NCBI RefSeq assembly: GCF_030028105.1
Contig: NC_092394.1
Span: 22,049,939-22,113,938, forward strand
Length of the DNA: 64,000 nt
Source: Mobula birostris
Taxonomy: Eukaryota
Direction of reading: 5' to 3'
The translations under genes were made by a program, and so were the position numbers. The notes under the pieces are model-generated. The model had not been told where the DNA came from. It did no database searches and saw only the letters and a program-made list of their open reading frames with translations. Positions 12,320-24,759 of this stretch are shown one piece after another. Position 1 is the stretch's first letter, and every line of letters begins with the position of its first letter.

Positions 12320-12732
12320 TTAAGTCTTACATTCCTAGGATCATTCTTGTGTACCTCCTCCGGACGATCTCTAGGGTGAGCATATCCTTCATTAGATTTG
12401 GTGTCCAAAATTGCTCATAATATTCCAAAATCTGCTCGACCAAAGCCTTATAAACTTCAGCAGTACATCCTTGTATAAAGCCTCAGCATTACATCTTTCC
12501 GAATACACAGTTTAATACTGATAATCAGTTATGCAGAGATGTCTTCCTAAAGACCTAATTTGAAGTCTTATTCATGTAGCTTAGTATTATATAAATATTT
12601 TTATAACTTTTAAGTACAATTGTTGCTTTATCATCTGCCATAGAGTATAGTAAGGTAATGGATACTTTCACCAAGCTTTTGGGGAAGGTTGGCACAAATC
12701 CGTATTTTGAAAAATTGCATTAGACTCTTCCA

Positions 12733-14171
12733 TTATTACATTTATCACAATACAGAGATATATCTAAATAAAAACGAGACAACTTATCCTTAGTCATATG
12801 AGCCCTATGGACCACTTTAAATTGTAGGAGAGAGTGGCGAGCACATAACGATGAAGTGTTAATCAATTTAAAAATTTGATTCCAAGTTTCCTCAGAAATT
12901 GAAGTCTGTAAATCTTGTTCCCAAAGATTTTTAATTTTATCTAAAGGAACACTTCTCATTCCCAGCAGCATATTATAAATATTAGATATAGATCCATTAC
13001 AAAAAGGTTTCAAATTAAAGATTGCATCTAGTAGATTCTTATCAGGACTTTTAGGAAGTGTACTTATTTGAGACAGTAAAAAATCTCTTATTTGTAGGTA
13101 TTGAAAAAAATGAGTTTTGGGTAAACTATATTTAGTTGACAGTTGTTCAAATGAAAGAAGACCTTTCCTCTACAAGCAAATCCTGAAAACATTTAATGCC
13201 TAATTATCCCATTCTTTAAAAGCCATATCAATCATAGAGGGTTTAAAAAAATAATTAGAAAAAATGGGACTTGAAAGAGAAAATCTCAATAAGCCAAAGT
13301 ATTTTTGGAATTGCATCCAAATTCTCACAGTGTGTTTAACTACCAGATTATCAGTTAACTTACTCAGAGATGAAGGGAGTAAGGATCCAAGAAGAGAAGT
13401 AATAGAGAATTTATTAACAGAGTTAGCTTCTAAAAAAACCCACATCGGGCAATGGTCACGATTTATGTAATATAACCAGAATGTAAGATTTCTTATATTA
13501 ACTGCCCAATAATAAAATCTAAAGTTTGGTAAGGCTAATCCTTCATTCACTCATTCATATGTTTCGGATATGCCTGAGTCTTGGAAAATATTGGAAAGAT
13601 GTATTTCAAACTTTCTCGATACTTTTTAAAGTAAACTTTAAGCCTAATCCTTTGACTGCTTTATTTGGTATTGTTGGAGGAAAGGATATTATTTTGGAGT
13701 CATCTGACTTGCACATTTTGGCTTTTATGTCTCTTATGGCCAGAAGGATGCTCTTGATTAAATGGAAAGATGCGGCCCCTCCTATTCATGCCCAATGGTT
13801 ACGTGATGTGATGTCATGTTTACGTTTAGAGTAGATTCGATGTTCAATCTCTGAATCTAGTCAAGACTTTCAAACATTGTGGGGACCTTTTCTGAATTAT
13901 TTTCAAAACCTTTGATTTGCTGTTAAAGCACAGATGATGACTAATAATTTTTTTCTTTCTTTTCTTTACTAATCAGCTTCGGTCTTGGTAGTGGGTTAGA
14001 TTTTTTTATATAATAAAATTACTATATTTCAATGTTACAAATTAATTAACTTGTATGAATATAGGGTAAGGAATCTTTATATACAATCTAGTATAATATA
14101 TTGATATATTTTTTTTCCTGTATTCTATATTCTTATATGTAAATTAATTAATAAAACATATTGGAAAAGAA
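12733..14171 (+). mobile_element. L1-clade LINE, 5'-truncated with 5' inversion
   Basis: Minus-strand ORF2 piece GLALPNFRFYYWA...FKVVHRAH...CDKC is continued by plus-strand SLIHMF...; AATAAA at 14150; TSD AGACTCTTCCA. Confidence 0.9.
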
Positions 14172-14521
14172 AGACTCTTCCAAGTTATGGAATGTATTAA
14201 CGTGTGCCTGATATATTTGAAAGCCAGAGCTTGTTGATGTTTAATGAACTAGATACATCACTAGCACTCTTAATACATCTTTAAAATAAAAACTGATATG
14301 AAGTTTGTAACAAATTCAATTCGGTATGATATTATTAACATACATTTTAACATATTCTGAAGTTAACACTTGTTTTTATGAAGCCTTGCCTATATTATTA
14401 AACTACAATGTGACAGCACCAAAAAAAGACTCAAATAATTAAGGTTATTCACAAAATCCAGAGGAGCTTGTTCCATTATCTGTACTATTCAATGAAATCA
14501 AATGAATATGAATATCCATAC

Positions 14522-14600
14522 CTGAACTCCCAATGCCAAAGTGGAAGGTCACAATACAACTTAGCGCAAAAGTAAGGTTCTTAATGCTCCACTGAGCCAT
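14522..14600 (-). CDS. TMIGD1: TMIGD1 first coding exon (signal peptide MAQWSIKNLTFALSCIVTFHFGIGSS)
   Basis: ATG at 14600, hydrophobic leader, phase-1 donor TCAG|GTATGG that joins in frame to the Ig1 exon. Confidence 0.8.
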
Positions 14601-15741
14601 TTTTCACGAATAGTTAAAGAATTTATGAAACACCAAAGGATCTTGATTACTCCTAATAAAATTCCAAAGATAAACCAAGTTCTAGTGGACACTGCACCTT
14701 TATGAAAATTATTTTACTTTTTACCCGGATAGATTTCTAGTGGCTTGCTTCAACTGCTTTACAAACAATAGACCGCCTCAATAAAACCATACCAGATATA
14801 TATATATAGGATGACGCCGGAAAGAGTCATGACTGGATCAGAAACTTCAATCACCAAATTTTATACATAATCTTTTAACATCAATGATTCAATGATTTTT
14901 TTATAACATCAGTAGATTACTTTTGGATTGCAGCATTTATATGTCACCATTTTCATTTTATGGTTGAGGTCAATAAAGATTAACAACTGAACAAGGACAG
15001 GAGGTTTACTTATCATTGAATCAATCAGTGTTTAAATGTTACTACAACAATGTACTTATATTTATTTTGACAATATGATCTTGTTACTTTGCTGAATAAA
15101 TATTTTCATCACAAAATTACAAGCAACAAGTAGATTTTAATGTAATCACAGTTTAGCTCTAACATGCTCATCTGTACAATAAAAGTTAAATATTCAACTA
15201 GGTTTTATGTGAGGGTACATCCATAAAAGTACTTTCTGATTGTAAAAGAAAATATCAATAAAAAAAATTTATTATTTGCCTCAACTTTTCTCCACAAAAT
15301 AATATGCAACGTGTGAATTCCTTTAGTTGACAACAGTTAACTGTTATGTTTCTTTGTAATTACCAGTTGGTTGTTTACAGAAATAAGCATGGTCTAGAGG
15401 AAATAGTTTAAAAAGCAGGACAGTCTCTGTAAATATTAATTAAGAAGTGTAGAAATGCAAACCAAAAGTTATAGATAATTAAACTATAAATCAAAGGAAT
15501 GAGAAACTAAACTGTCTTTAATCAAGTTGGTACTTAAGTGTATGAATAAATATTTAAAGGGGTGGAATGAAGACTATGTTGAGAAGCAGCTTATCAAGAC
15601 TACTAATCCCGAAAGACAAATTGTAATCTTCAGAGTCACTTACTAAAGAGATGTCCGCAACAGAAACAGAAAGGAGAATTCTATGCATTATAACTCTGGA
15701 ATATTGCACATACTCTTAAAAATCAATCTAATATAAAATTT

Positions 15742-15933
15742 TGGATCTCCCTCTCCCCCTCCAACTTTCAAATCCCTTACTCACTCTTCCTTCAGTTAGT
15801 CCTGAGGAAGGGTCTCGGCCTGAAACGTCGACTGTGCCTCTTCCTAGAGATGCTGCCTGGCCTGCTGCGTTCACCAGCAACTTTGATGTGTGTTGCTTGA
15901 ATTTCCAGCACCCGCAGAATTCCTGTTGTTGCG
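15742..15933 (+). mobile_element. Penelope-like pLTR, solo copy
   Basis: Flanked by the 13-bp direct repeat TAATATAAAATTT (15729-15741 and 15934-15946). Confidence 0.8.
15797..15835 (+). ncRNA. Minimal hammerhead ribozyme motif in Penelope pLTR
   Basis: UAGUC-CUGAGGA-A-GGGUCUCGGCCU-GAAA-CGUC-GACUG: core intact, G-U pair closing stem II. Confidence 0.6.
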
Positions 15934-17649
15934 TAATATAAAATTTATTTAATTTTGTTAATTGTCCTAGTTGGAGAATTTTATTAAATCTTCTAAATTC
16001 CTAAATTCAGCTCAAACCCTTTTATGTGTAATTTTCTGTATTTTTTCGGACTAAGTATAGCCCCACTAAACTTAGACTTCCAGCAAAAATTGTTAAAGGA
16101 TATAATTTCCTCCCTATGCTGGTCTATTCTAATTAAGGAGGCATTTCTCAGAAGACATTCTCACAACCCACCGGGCTTTAAAGAAAATATTCCATCTTTC
16201 TTTGTCATCCAAGATGTTTTTGCTTTACTAGTGAGGCCATTACTTAACTCTAGAGCTTTATTTAGAATTATTACTTGACTGAACAACAGGTTGGTTCAAA
16301 CGTTATCAATTGAAGTGAACAAAAATCTCCCTGTTCTTTCATACAAGCTAAACTTTCAGCCACAATTGCCCTTTATACTGATTATTTACGCTAGGAAGGT
16401 GAGCACATGAGGTAATATGATTCGCACCCATGAGTCTGGGGAAGCCGTGAACAAAGCCAAATTCAGAAGGCAGAAATTTTTCATTACATGTGCTAAATAA
16501 GTAATATTGTGACTTGCATGGAGCCAAATTTCAGGAGTAGAGTTTAGTGAGTAACTATTGATTGGTATATTTTGTCATTTCGGTCTGAGATCCTTCATTA
16601 GGGTCACAGCCTGACTTGTCAACTGTTTATTCTCCTCCATAGTTCTAGCATTTTGTGTGTGTTTTGCTAAAAGTTTTCAGCATCTGCAGAAGCTCTTGTG
16701 TTAACCACTGGTATTGGTACTTTACACATTTGGTGCAACCAACAGAGAACAAGGTTTACCCAAGAACTGTTATTCTATGTAGTTCTATTCATTGAGAATG
16801 TGCAAAACAAATTTGTTCTGATAAAGGGAGCTGAGGAAACTTTCTTGATTTAGAGATGGGTAGCATGATTGTAATACCTGTCTGAAGTAACCTGTTGTGA
16901 TCTGGGTTGGTCTATGACAAATGCTAAATAGTCACAACAATTTCGAAGATCAATTGACTTGTTCATTATAAAGCAAAAACTAACAAGCAGTGTTAAGAAA
17001 TATTTACAAAGATACTCAACTAAATTGTTAAATGATTTTGAAAAGAAAAGTTCACAAAGGAGCTCAAATTAGATTTATCAAATACGAATAACTTTTCATT
17101 CAAGTGATTATCTTTCTTGCTTCTATTCACACTGATGTTATGAAGGACAAAAATACTGAAATGTTTACTTGAATCAACCACAAATGTTAATTGATAAATC
17201 TGCATTCCTTTGGTGTTTGGAATTAAGAGATGTGATGTCATGGGTTGAAAATCAGTACAAGTCTTTTTATTATTAAGATTTTTATGGTTGTCAAATGATT
17301 CAATGCACTGTTGACACTGTTTAAAAAAAAGATAAAATTACAGTGGATTCTTAGATTATTTTGTACATTTCTACATTTATAATCTAATGTTGGACCAAAT
17401 TCTTGAAATGCTTACAGCAGATAGAGACGGATCCGTTTATAATGTCTGCAAGAATAAATAGATGGAACTAAAATATACTGTTGTATTCATTCAAGACAAA
17501 AATAAATGCAGAACAGAGTTCTTGAAAGTATTTCAGAAATGTGTGAAGAGTGAGGCATTGCACTTTGGGAGAACAACTGGAGGTAAGTCTTATGTATTGA
17601 ATAGTAGGGCTCTGAGGTGGCAGTCCTGAAGAAGCGTCTTGGCCTGAAA

Positions 17650-18215
17650 TGTTGACTTGTTTGAAATGCTGAGGATGTTCTACGAGTCTGTGGTGGCCAG
17701 TGCTATCATGTTTGCTGTTGTGTGCTGGGGCAGCAGGCTGAGAGTAGCAGACACCAACAGAATCAACAAACTCATCCGTAAGGCCAGTGATGTTGTGGGG
17801 ATGGAACTGGACTCTCTGACGGTGGTGTCTGAAAAGAGGATGCTGTCCAAGTTGCATACCATCTTGGACAATGTCTCCCATCCACTGCATAATTTACTGG
17901 TAAGGCACAGGAGTACATTCAGCCAGAGACTCATTCTACCGAGATGCTACACTGAGCGTCATAGGAAGTCATTCCTGCCTGTGGCCATCAAACTTTACAA
18001 CTCCTCCCTTGGAGGGTCAGATACCCTGAGCCAACAGGCTGGTCCTGGACTTATTTCCTGGCATAATTTACATATTACTATTTAATTATTTATAGTTTAT
18101 ATTGCTATATTTATACTCTATTCTTGGTTGGGGCAACTGTAGTGAAAATCAATTTCCCTCAGGATCAATAAAGTATGACTATGACTATGACTATGATTAT
18201 GACTATGACTATGAC
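17650..18215 (+). mobile_element. Rex1/Babar LINE 3' end with (TATGAC)n tail
   Basis: MFYESVVASAIMFAVVCWG...SFLPVAIKLYN, then AATAAA and a microsatellite tail. Confidence 0.9.
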
Positions 18216-18231
18216 TTTTCATTTCCATAGA

Positions 18232-18545
18232 TGTTGGCGCATGGCCAAGTGGTTAAGGCATTGGTCTAATGATCTGAAGGTCACCAGTTCGAGCCTCAGC
18301 TGAGGCAACGTGTTGTGTCCTTGGGCAAGGCACTTAACCACACATTGCCCTGTGATGACACCAGTGTCAAGCTGTGTCGGCCCTAGTGCCCTTCCCTTGG
18401 ACAACATCCGTGGCATGGAGAGGGGAGACGTGCAGCATGGTCAAATGCCGGTCTTCCATACAACCTTGTCCAGGCCTGCGCCCTGGAAACCTTCCAAGGC
18501 GCAAATCCATGGTCTCATGAGACTAACGGATGCTTATATATATAC
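18232..18545 (+). mobile_element. tRNA-derived SINE (second copy) inserted in a pLTR
   Basis: A and B boxes, same body as the 6912 copy; host pLTR sequence TAGATG is repeated on both sides. Confidence 0.8.
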
Positions 18546-18609
18546 AAACGTAGATGCTGCCTGACCTACTGAGTTCCTCCAGCATCTTGTGTGTGTTGCT
18601 TTGGGATCT

Positions 18610-19850
18610 GAGGTGTGCTGTAGGAGCTGGGAATACAGATACATAATTCCTTGAAAGTGGCAGCACAGGCAGATAGGGTAGTAAAGAGAGATTTTAGCAC
18701 ATTGGGTTCATAAATCTTGACATTGGATTGTTGAAGTTCTTCAAGAAGTCGGTGAGGCCAAATTTAGGGTATTGCGTACAATTCTGGTCATATATCCAAA
18801 GGACCAATGTCAATAAGCTTGAAAGAGTACAGAGAAAACTTATAAGGATACAGCTGGAGCTTGAGGGCTCAAGTTATCAGGAAAAGTTTAATAGGTTAGA
18901 ACTTAATTCCTTGGAGTGTAGGAGATGTTAGAGTGAGTTTTTTTGGGTAGATAATTTGTTTACACTTAAATGACTTTGGCCACTAGACTTCTATTTGACA
19001 AAGTACTGTAGATTGAGTCCACAACAATGCGCTTCCTAAAAAGATGTGAATACCAGATGCTTCTGGCGCCATAGTTTGACCTGATGCTGTAGTTTCGAAG
19101 ACAGCATTATCTATACATTATAAATATTAATTGTCTTCTATATTAGCATGGGAAATGCCAAATAAATGTATCGTGGACTTAACTTGCATTCTTAAAGGGT
19201 GTGGATACCAACCCAGACATGTTGGCGTCAGAAGGAAAGGATGGTGTGTTATATTGTATGTAGTTTCAATAGGAAACATTGTCTATAACTTTTTAAGTAG
19301 CGATTTCCTTTGTGTTTAGCATATAAATATCGAGTCCACATTGGCTAGCAGACCTTTCTACCGAAAGCGTCTCCGTCCGTATGATGCCTGCTTGTTGTGT
19401 CGAATAATGAAGCAGCTTTGTATCTACCAGTGACTCTGTCTCTCTGGTGATTTCATCCGCACTACAACAGGAGATTGAAGGGAGTTTTGATGGATGTATA
19501 CAAAATTATGAGAGGTACAGATAGGGTAAATGCACGCAGGCTTTTTCCCCATGGGTTGGGTAAGACTAGAACTAGAGGTTAAGTCTGAAATGGGAAGTAC
19601 TTAAGAGGAAACTCTAGGGTAACTTCTTCGCTCAGAGGATGGTGGAAGTGTGAAACAAGCTGCCAGAGGAAGTGGTAGAAGCAAGTTCAATTCTAACATT
19701 TAAGCGAAGTTTGGATAGGTATATGAATGAGATGGGGATAGAGGGATTTGATCTAGGTGGAGGTAAATTGGATTAGACAGAAGATCAGGTTGGCATGGAC
19801 TGGATGTACTGACAGACCCGTTTATGTGCTGTAGTACTCTATGACCCTAT
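18610..19850 (+). mobile_element. CR1 LINE 3' fragment split by a solo LTR
   Basis: VRPNLGYCVQFWS...LNSLECRR resumes after 19474. Confidence 0.8.
18926..19469 (+). mobile_element. Solo LTR
   Basis: TGTT...AACA termini and 5-bp TSD GGAGA (18921-18925 and 19470-19474). Confidence 0.8.
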
Positions 19851-20496
19851 AATTCTTCTCACAAATGAAGAAAGAGAGCATGGTTATTTAATAATAAATA
19901 AAAACAGGAGATACTGAACACACTCAGCAGGTCAGGCCATGTCTATGGGAGTGAAGCAACATTTTGGGCTCAGGACCTTTCAGTTAATACAGTATGTCTA
20001 ATCAAAGATATTTCTCTCTGGATGTTCTGAGGAAGAACTCTTGACCTGAAGCATTAACTCAGTCTCACTTTCCACAAATACAGTCTCACTTCCCAGTATT
20101 TGCTTCTTTTTTAGCCAACAGTGACAAATCCCATACAAATGCATAAATAGCACCCCAATTAAATAAAGATTCTCAATCCTGAAGCAATTATTTATGCTGA
20201 CATCTGTTTTAAAGGGTCACACCCATTTCATAAACTGTTAAAATTTAAGTTCTTTGGAGCAATAAGAAAAAGGAACTTAAAGCAGACTTGTGACTTTTGA
20301 AATGACATTATTCAAATATTGTTTGACTATACGCATAGTGGTCACCTTATTAAGTATATCTTTACACCAGTATGCTAATGCAAATACCTAATCAACCAAT
20401 CAAATTGTTATGTTTTAAGATGTTATAGTTCCCCTTCAATGGTGTGGGGCATAGAGTGCAACCTGCAGGTTATGATGTTCCCTTATGCCTGATGCC

Positions 20497-21445
20497 TATT
20501 GCAAAAATGTAAATGCACACATTGTATTTTCTACAGTATTTACTATGTAACCACTGTTAGCTCATTAGAAGGTATTCACTATGCAGCCATGACTTTTGAC
20601 CTGCTCACTATTAATTCATGAGAGAACTAGAATGAAATCAAGTAGAAAGATAACAGTGGCGGGTAAGATGATGAAATATGTAGCAGTATGTCGATGCAAG
20701 ATTAATTAAGAGATAACTGTGGTTAGGGATGAGAAGACATATGGTCTAAAATGTAAACTAGGACATAATTAAGTTGGGGAGTAAAACAATAGTGGGAAGT
20801 CAAGAGCCAATATATTGATAATATGTTATCACAGGCCGATTGGATATGATAATGTAGCTAAGATAGGAGAATTGTTATAAAAAATGCGATGTACAAGGAT
20901 CGACGGACAATCAGCGACTAGCTCACTGACTGTCTCAGCTTTGATTTGCAAATTAAAGTTTAAAACTTCACAAGATCACAAGATCACAAGACAAAGGAGC
21001 AGAAGTAGGCCATTTGGCCCATCGAGTCTGCTCCGCAGCTCCCCCATGAGCTAAACTATTCACCCATCAAGTTCCAATTTCCGGCTTTTTCCCCATATTC
21101 CTTGATACCCTGACTAATTAGATACCTGTCAATCTCCTCCTTAAACACCCTCAATAATCGGGCCTCCACAGCTGTATGTGGCAACGAATTCCACAAATCC
21201 ACAACCCTCTGGCTAAAAAAATTTCTCCTCATCTCTGTTTTAACTGGGTACCCTCTAATTCTAAGACTATGGCCTCTTGTCCTGGACTCACCCACCAAGG
21301 GAAACAACCTTTCCACATCTACTCTGTCCAACCCTTTCAACATTCGAAACATTTCTATGAGATTCCCTCTCATTCTTCTATGCTCAACTTCTTGAAGAAT
21401 TTTCTGCGTCTCCTTGTCATTTGTGAGAAACGAGAAACCACAACA
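20497..21445 (+). mobile_element. Probable solo LTR containing a CR1 insertion
   Basis: Ends in ...CCACAACA; flanking TGCC repeats; internal TATAAAA and ATTAAA; 5' TG is mutated. Confidence 0.5.
20970..21385 (-). mobile_element. CR1 LINE 3' fragment (young)
   Basis: Intact MRGNLIEMFRMLKGLDRVDVERLFP...FFSQRVVDLWNSLP with AACTTC duplicated at the flanks. Confidence 0.9.
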
Positions 21446-22895
21446 TGCCCCAGTTCTTCTTGTTGGTACACCTCAAGGGTTCAGGAGCTTCAATGAGTGA
21501 CTGCAGTCCGGTTTGTAAATGGTACAGAATGCAGTCATAATGCACTGATGGTGGAGAGAGTGCACGTTTAATATTGTGGATGGGATGTTCAGGCTTGGTT
21601 GACCTTAAATTCTCATGTGTCAATGGAGCTACATTCTTCTAGACAGAGAATATTCCATCATGTTCCTGACTCGAGTCTTGTGGATAGAGGAATGGTTTTG
21701 GTAATAAGTCAGCTGACATGGAATGCCTGACTTCTCATCTATTCTTGAAGCCATGTTTTTATGTAATAAGCACACTATAATTGCTTGTCTATGGTGACCA
21801 TGCCAGGTAAAGGGACTTGACTGAAATAGTAACTGTCCATTTCCCTCTGCAGATTCTACCCGGCCCCTTGAGTTCCTTCAACAACAAACAAGCTGCTGGA
21901 GGAACTTCGTGGGCGGACCAGCATCTGTGCAAGGAGAAGAATTTTCTGTGTTTCCGGTCAAAAAGCTGCATGCTGTCCCAAACTGTCTGCAGTTCTTTTT
22001 CTCCCACACATGCTGCTTGATCCACTTAGTTGCCCCAGCAGTCTTTTGGTTGCTTTAGATTTCAGCATCTGCAGTCCTGTGTGTCTCCAAGTTCTTCCAG
22101 CAGTTTGTTTGCTGCCCTTGGGGATTCGCAGGTCTAATGACTTATCAGTCCAGACTTAACAGCTCATTGAAGGCAGAGAGTGCCTAGTTTATTGAAGAAT
22201 TGCAAGCATTTGTAAATATCCTCATTATTTATCTAATATTGATGAAACCGCTAAGGGTATTTTGGACTCAAGATACTGCTAGAGGTGTATCAATATTCGA
22301 GGGAGTGGGAGAATTAATCTCAACAACTATTTTCCTCTGTATGAGATGTGACTCCAGCCATTCATTGCTGTTGACAAGTTTTACCAGGGCTCTATACCAG
22401 ACTCAGCCAAATTCGGCCTTGATGTCAAGGACGGTTATTCTCACTTTTCCTCTTTATTATATAACTTTGCCTCAGAGCCGTGATGCTTGGAACTGAGGGG
22501 TCCTAACAAAAAGCAATTGTATTGATAAGCAGGTGAGTGATAAGTTAGACTATCCAAATTGCGCTGACCACAGCACCTTCCATTGTTTGGCTGTTACTTC
22601 AGAGGGTGGTGTGGCATTAGTTACCCAAATAGATTTTTTGATAGAACACATCTGGACAATTAGATGGTAGCAGCCTGAACATAAAACACAAATTATGTTT
22701 GACTAATTTATGAGGTTCCTCATGATGCTGCAGAGCAGATTGATGAAGAGAAAGCAATGGACGATGTCTGTGTGGACTTGAAGCACATATTTTACAATGT
22801 AAATGCTGGTCAATAAAACTGAGACAAGGAATAGGTAAGAAGTTCGCAGATAAAGGAATCTGAAAAAAAACAGAAACGTTAGAGTCATCAGAAAA

Positions 22896-24700
22896 TGTAG
22901 AGGAGGCTTCACCCAAAAGCGGAGCAGTGGAGACAATTCAACAAATAATAATAACTTTATTAATAGACTGCAAAAATAACAAGCAACAAGGGGGCCACAA
23001 AATAAGGGAATAGTTTCTAAACTCATAGGCAGCAAAGTAACGAGATGTCGGGGGGGGCACAACTGGTTGGGGTTGACTTGTTCATTGAGTGAACAAGGAC
23101 TGTGTTTGAGAGCTGGGTTTAAATAGGCTGCAGGTGATGAGATGGAAATGAGTAGCGGATGACTCCTGTTAGCTGAGTGGAGACTGGGAGGTGTCTGCCT
23201 GTGCTGATACGGCAGGATCTCCTACGCTGGCACCCCATGGCCCAGGATGGTCCAGATGGGTCTGGTGGAACTTCTTGATGAGTGGTGGATCCAGTATGAA
23301 ACTGGAAAGCACCCAAGATCTCTCCTCTGGCCGAACGCTTCCCAGTCAATCAGGTACCTCACATCCCATCCATGACAATGTGAATTTATCAACCAGCAAA
23401 CCATGTATACTGGACCACGTTCCGCCTCTATCCTTAGTTCTGAAAATACTAAGGATGGGTTTGGTGGTTCATGAACAATGTGCTTGAGGCAGGACATCTG
23501 GAAGATAGGTGTTATCCTGTGGGTCAGTAACAGATGGGGATGGTAAGTGACTGGACTGATGTGATGGGTGATCTTGAAGTGACCGATAAAATGGGTGAGA
23601 TCTTGTAGAAGTTGGTGTGCACCTTTTCTGGGTCCATGATTATGTCTTGGGTGCAAGTGCATAACCCAGAAAGGAATGGGATGTGGAACTGGCACTTCTT
23701 TAATGTACTACATTTGGCTTTGGAAGAGATGCCTTCAGTCAAAGGATGTGACAGACATGGTCTTGGGAGTCCTTGGAGAAGATGAGGATGTCTCCGAGGT
23801 AGATGAACACATATCTGTGCAGCATGTCAGAGGATATCATGAATGAAGGCTTGGAAAATGGCTGGTCGGTTGGAAAGTCCAAAGGCATCACCAAGTATTC
23901 GTAATAGCCAGTGAGTGTTATGAATATCGTTTTCCACTCATACCCCTAGTGTATGCAAATCAGTTCGTACACACTCCATAGGTCCAGTTTGGTGAAGATC
24001 TAGATCCCGAAGAGAGTTCTGAATATGCTATCCATTAAGGGGAGAGGACAGCAGTTCTTAATAGCAATTTTGTTGAGTCCACAGTAGTCGATGAAGGGAC
24101 GGAGACCCCCATCTTTCTTTTTGACAAAGAAGAATCCTCTACTTGCTGGGGACTGGGATGGTCCAATGAAATTGCGATGTAGTCATTCAGTGATATAGTC
24201 ATTCATGGTTTGGGTCTCAAGAGGGGAGAGGGAGAACAGATGACTTTGGGGTGCGGTACTGCCCAGGAGGAGGTTGATTGTACAGTTGTGTGATCTATGA
24301 AGTGGCAGGGTGCTGGCCTCCCTCTTACAAAAAGGTGATGGTTCCATCACGGTTTTCCTGTGGGAGCTAAGTTAGGTCAAGGGTTTCCTCCATCTCCATG
24401 AACTTACAGGGTGAGGTCAGCTGAGATTGCATTCAAGTGGTCCTGCAGGTGCGTCCCCAATTCAGCAGTGAACTGGCTGACCAGGTGAAGTGAGGGTTGT
24501 GAGTGGAGAGCCAGCATAACCCAAGATGAGAGATGAGTTGATCAGAAGGAATTGGATGAACTTGTGATGTTCTGCAGTGCTCATGGGCACAGGTTGTTTG
24601 TGCACACGAGCATCCCAGACCCCAAGCGATGTCTATCAATGGCTGTGATGCAGAAGAGGTGAGAGATCGCTCAGTAGGGAATACAATCTGCATGCACAGA
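22896..24700 (-). mobile_element. Gypsy (chromovirus/Sushi-like) LTR retrotransposon remnant
   Basis: RT motifs [21 protein letters not shown] and VFIYLGDILIFS; chromodomain YLIDWE; 3' LTR at about 22896-23214. Confidence 0.8.
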
Positions 24701-24759
24701 GTCCAGTCCAGAAAGATGTCTGCTACACCAGAATCTACCAGAGCCTCCTTTGTGTATGT

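Noticed and set aside
18176-18215. (TATGAC)n and other short tandem arrays as CRISPR-like repeats
   Set aside because: They have no spacers and are LINE 3' microsatellite tails in a eukaryote
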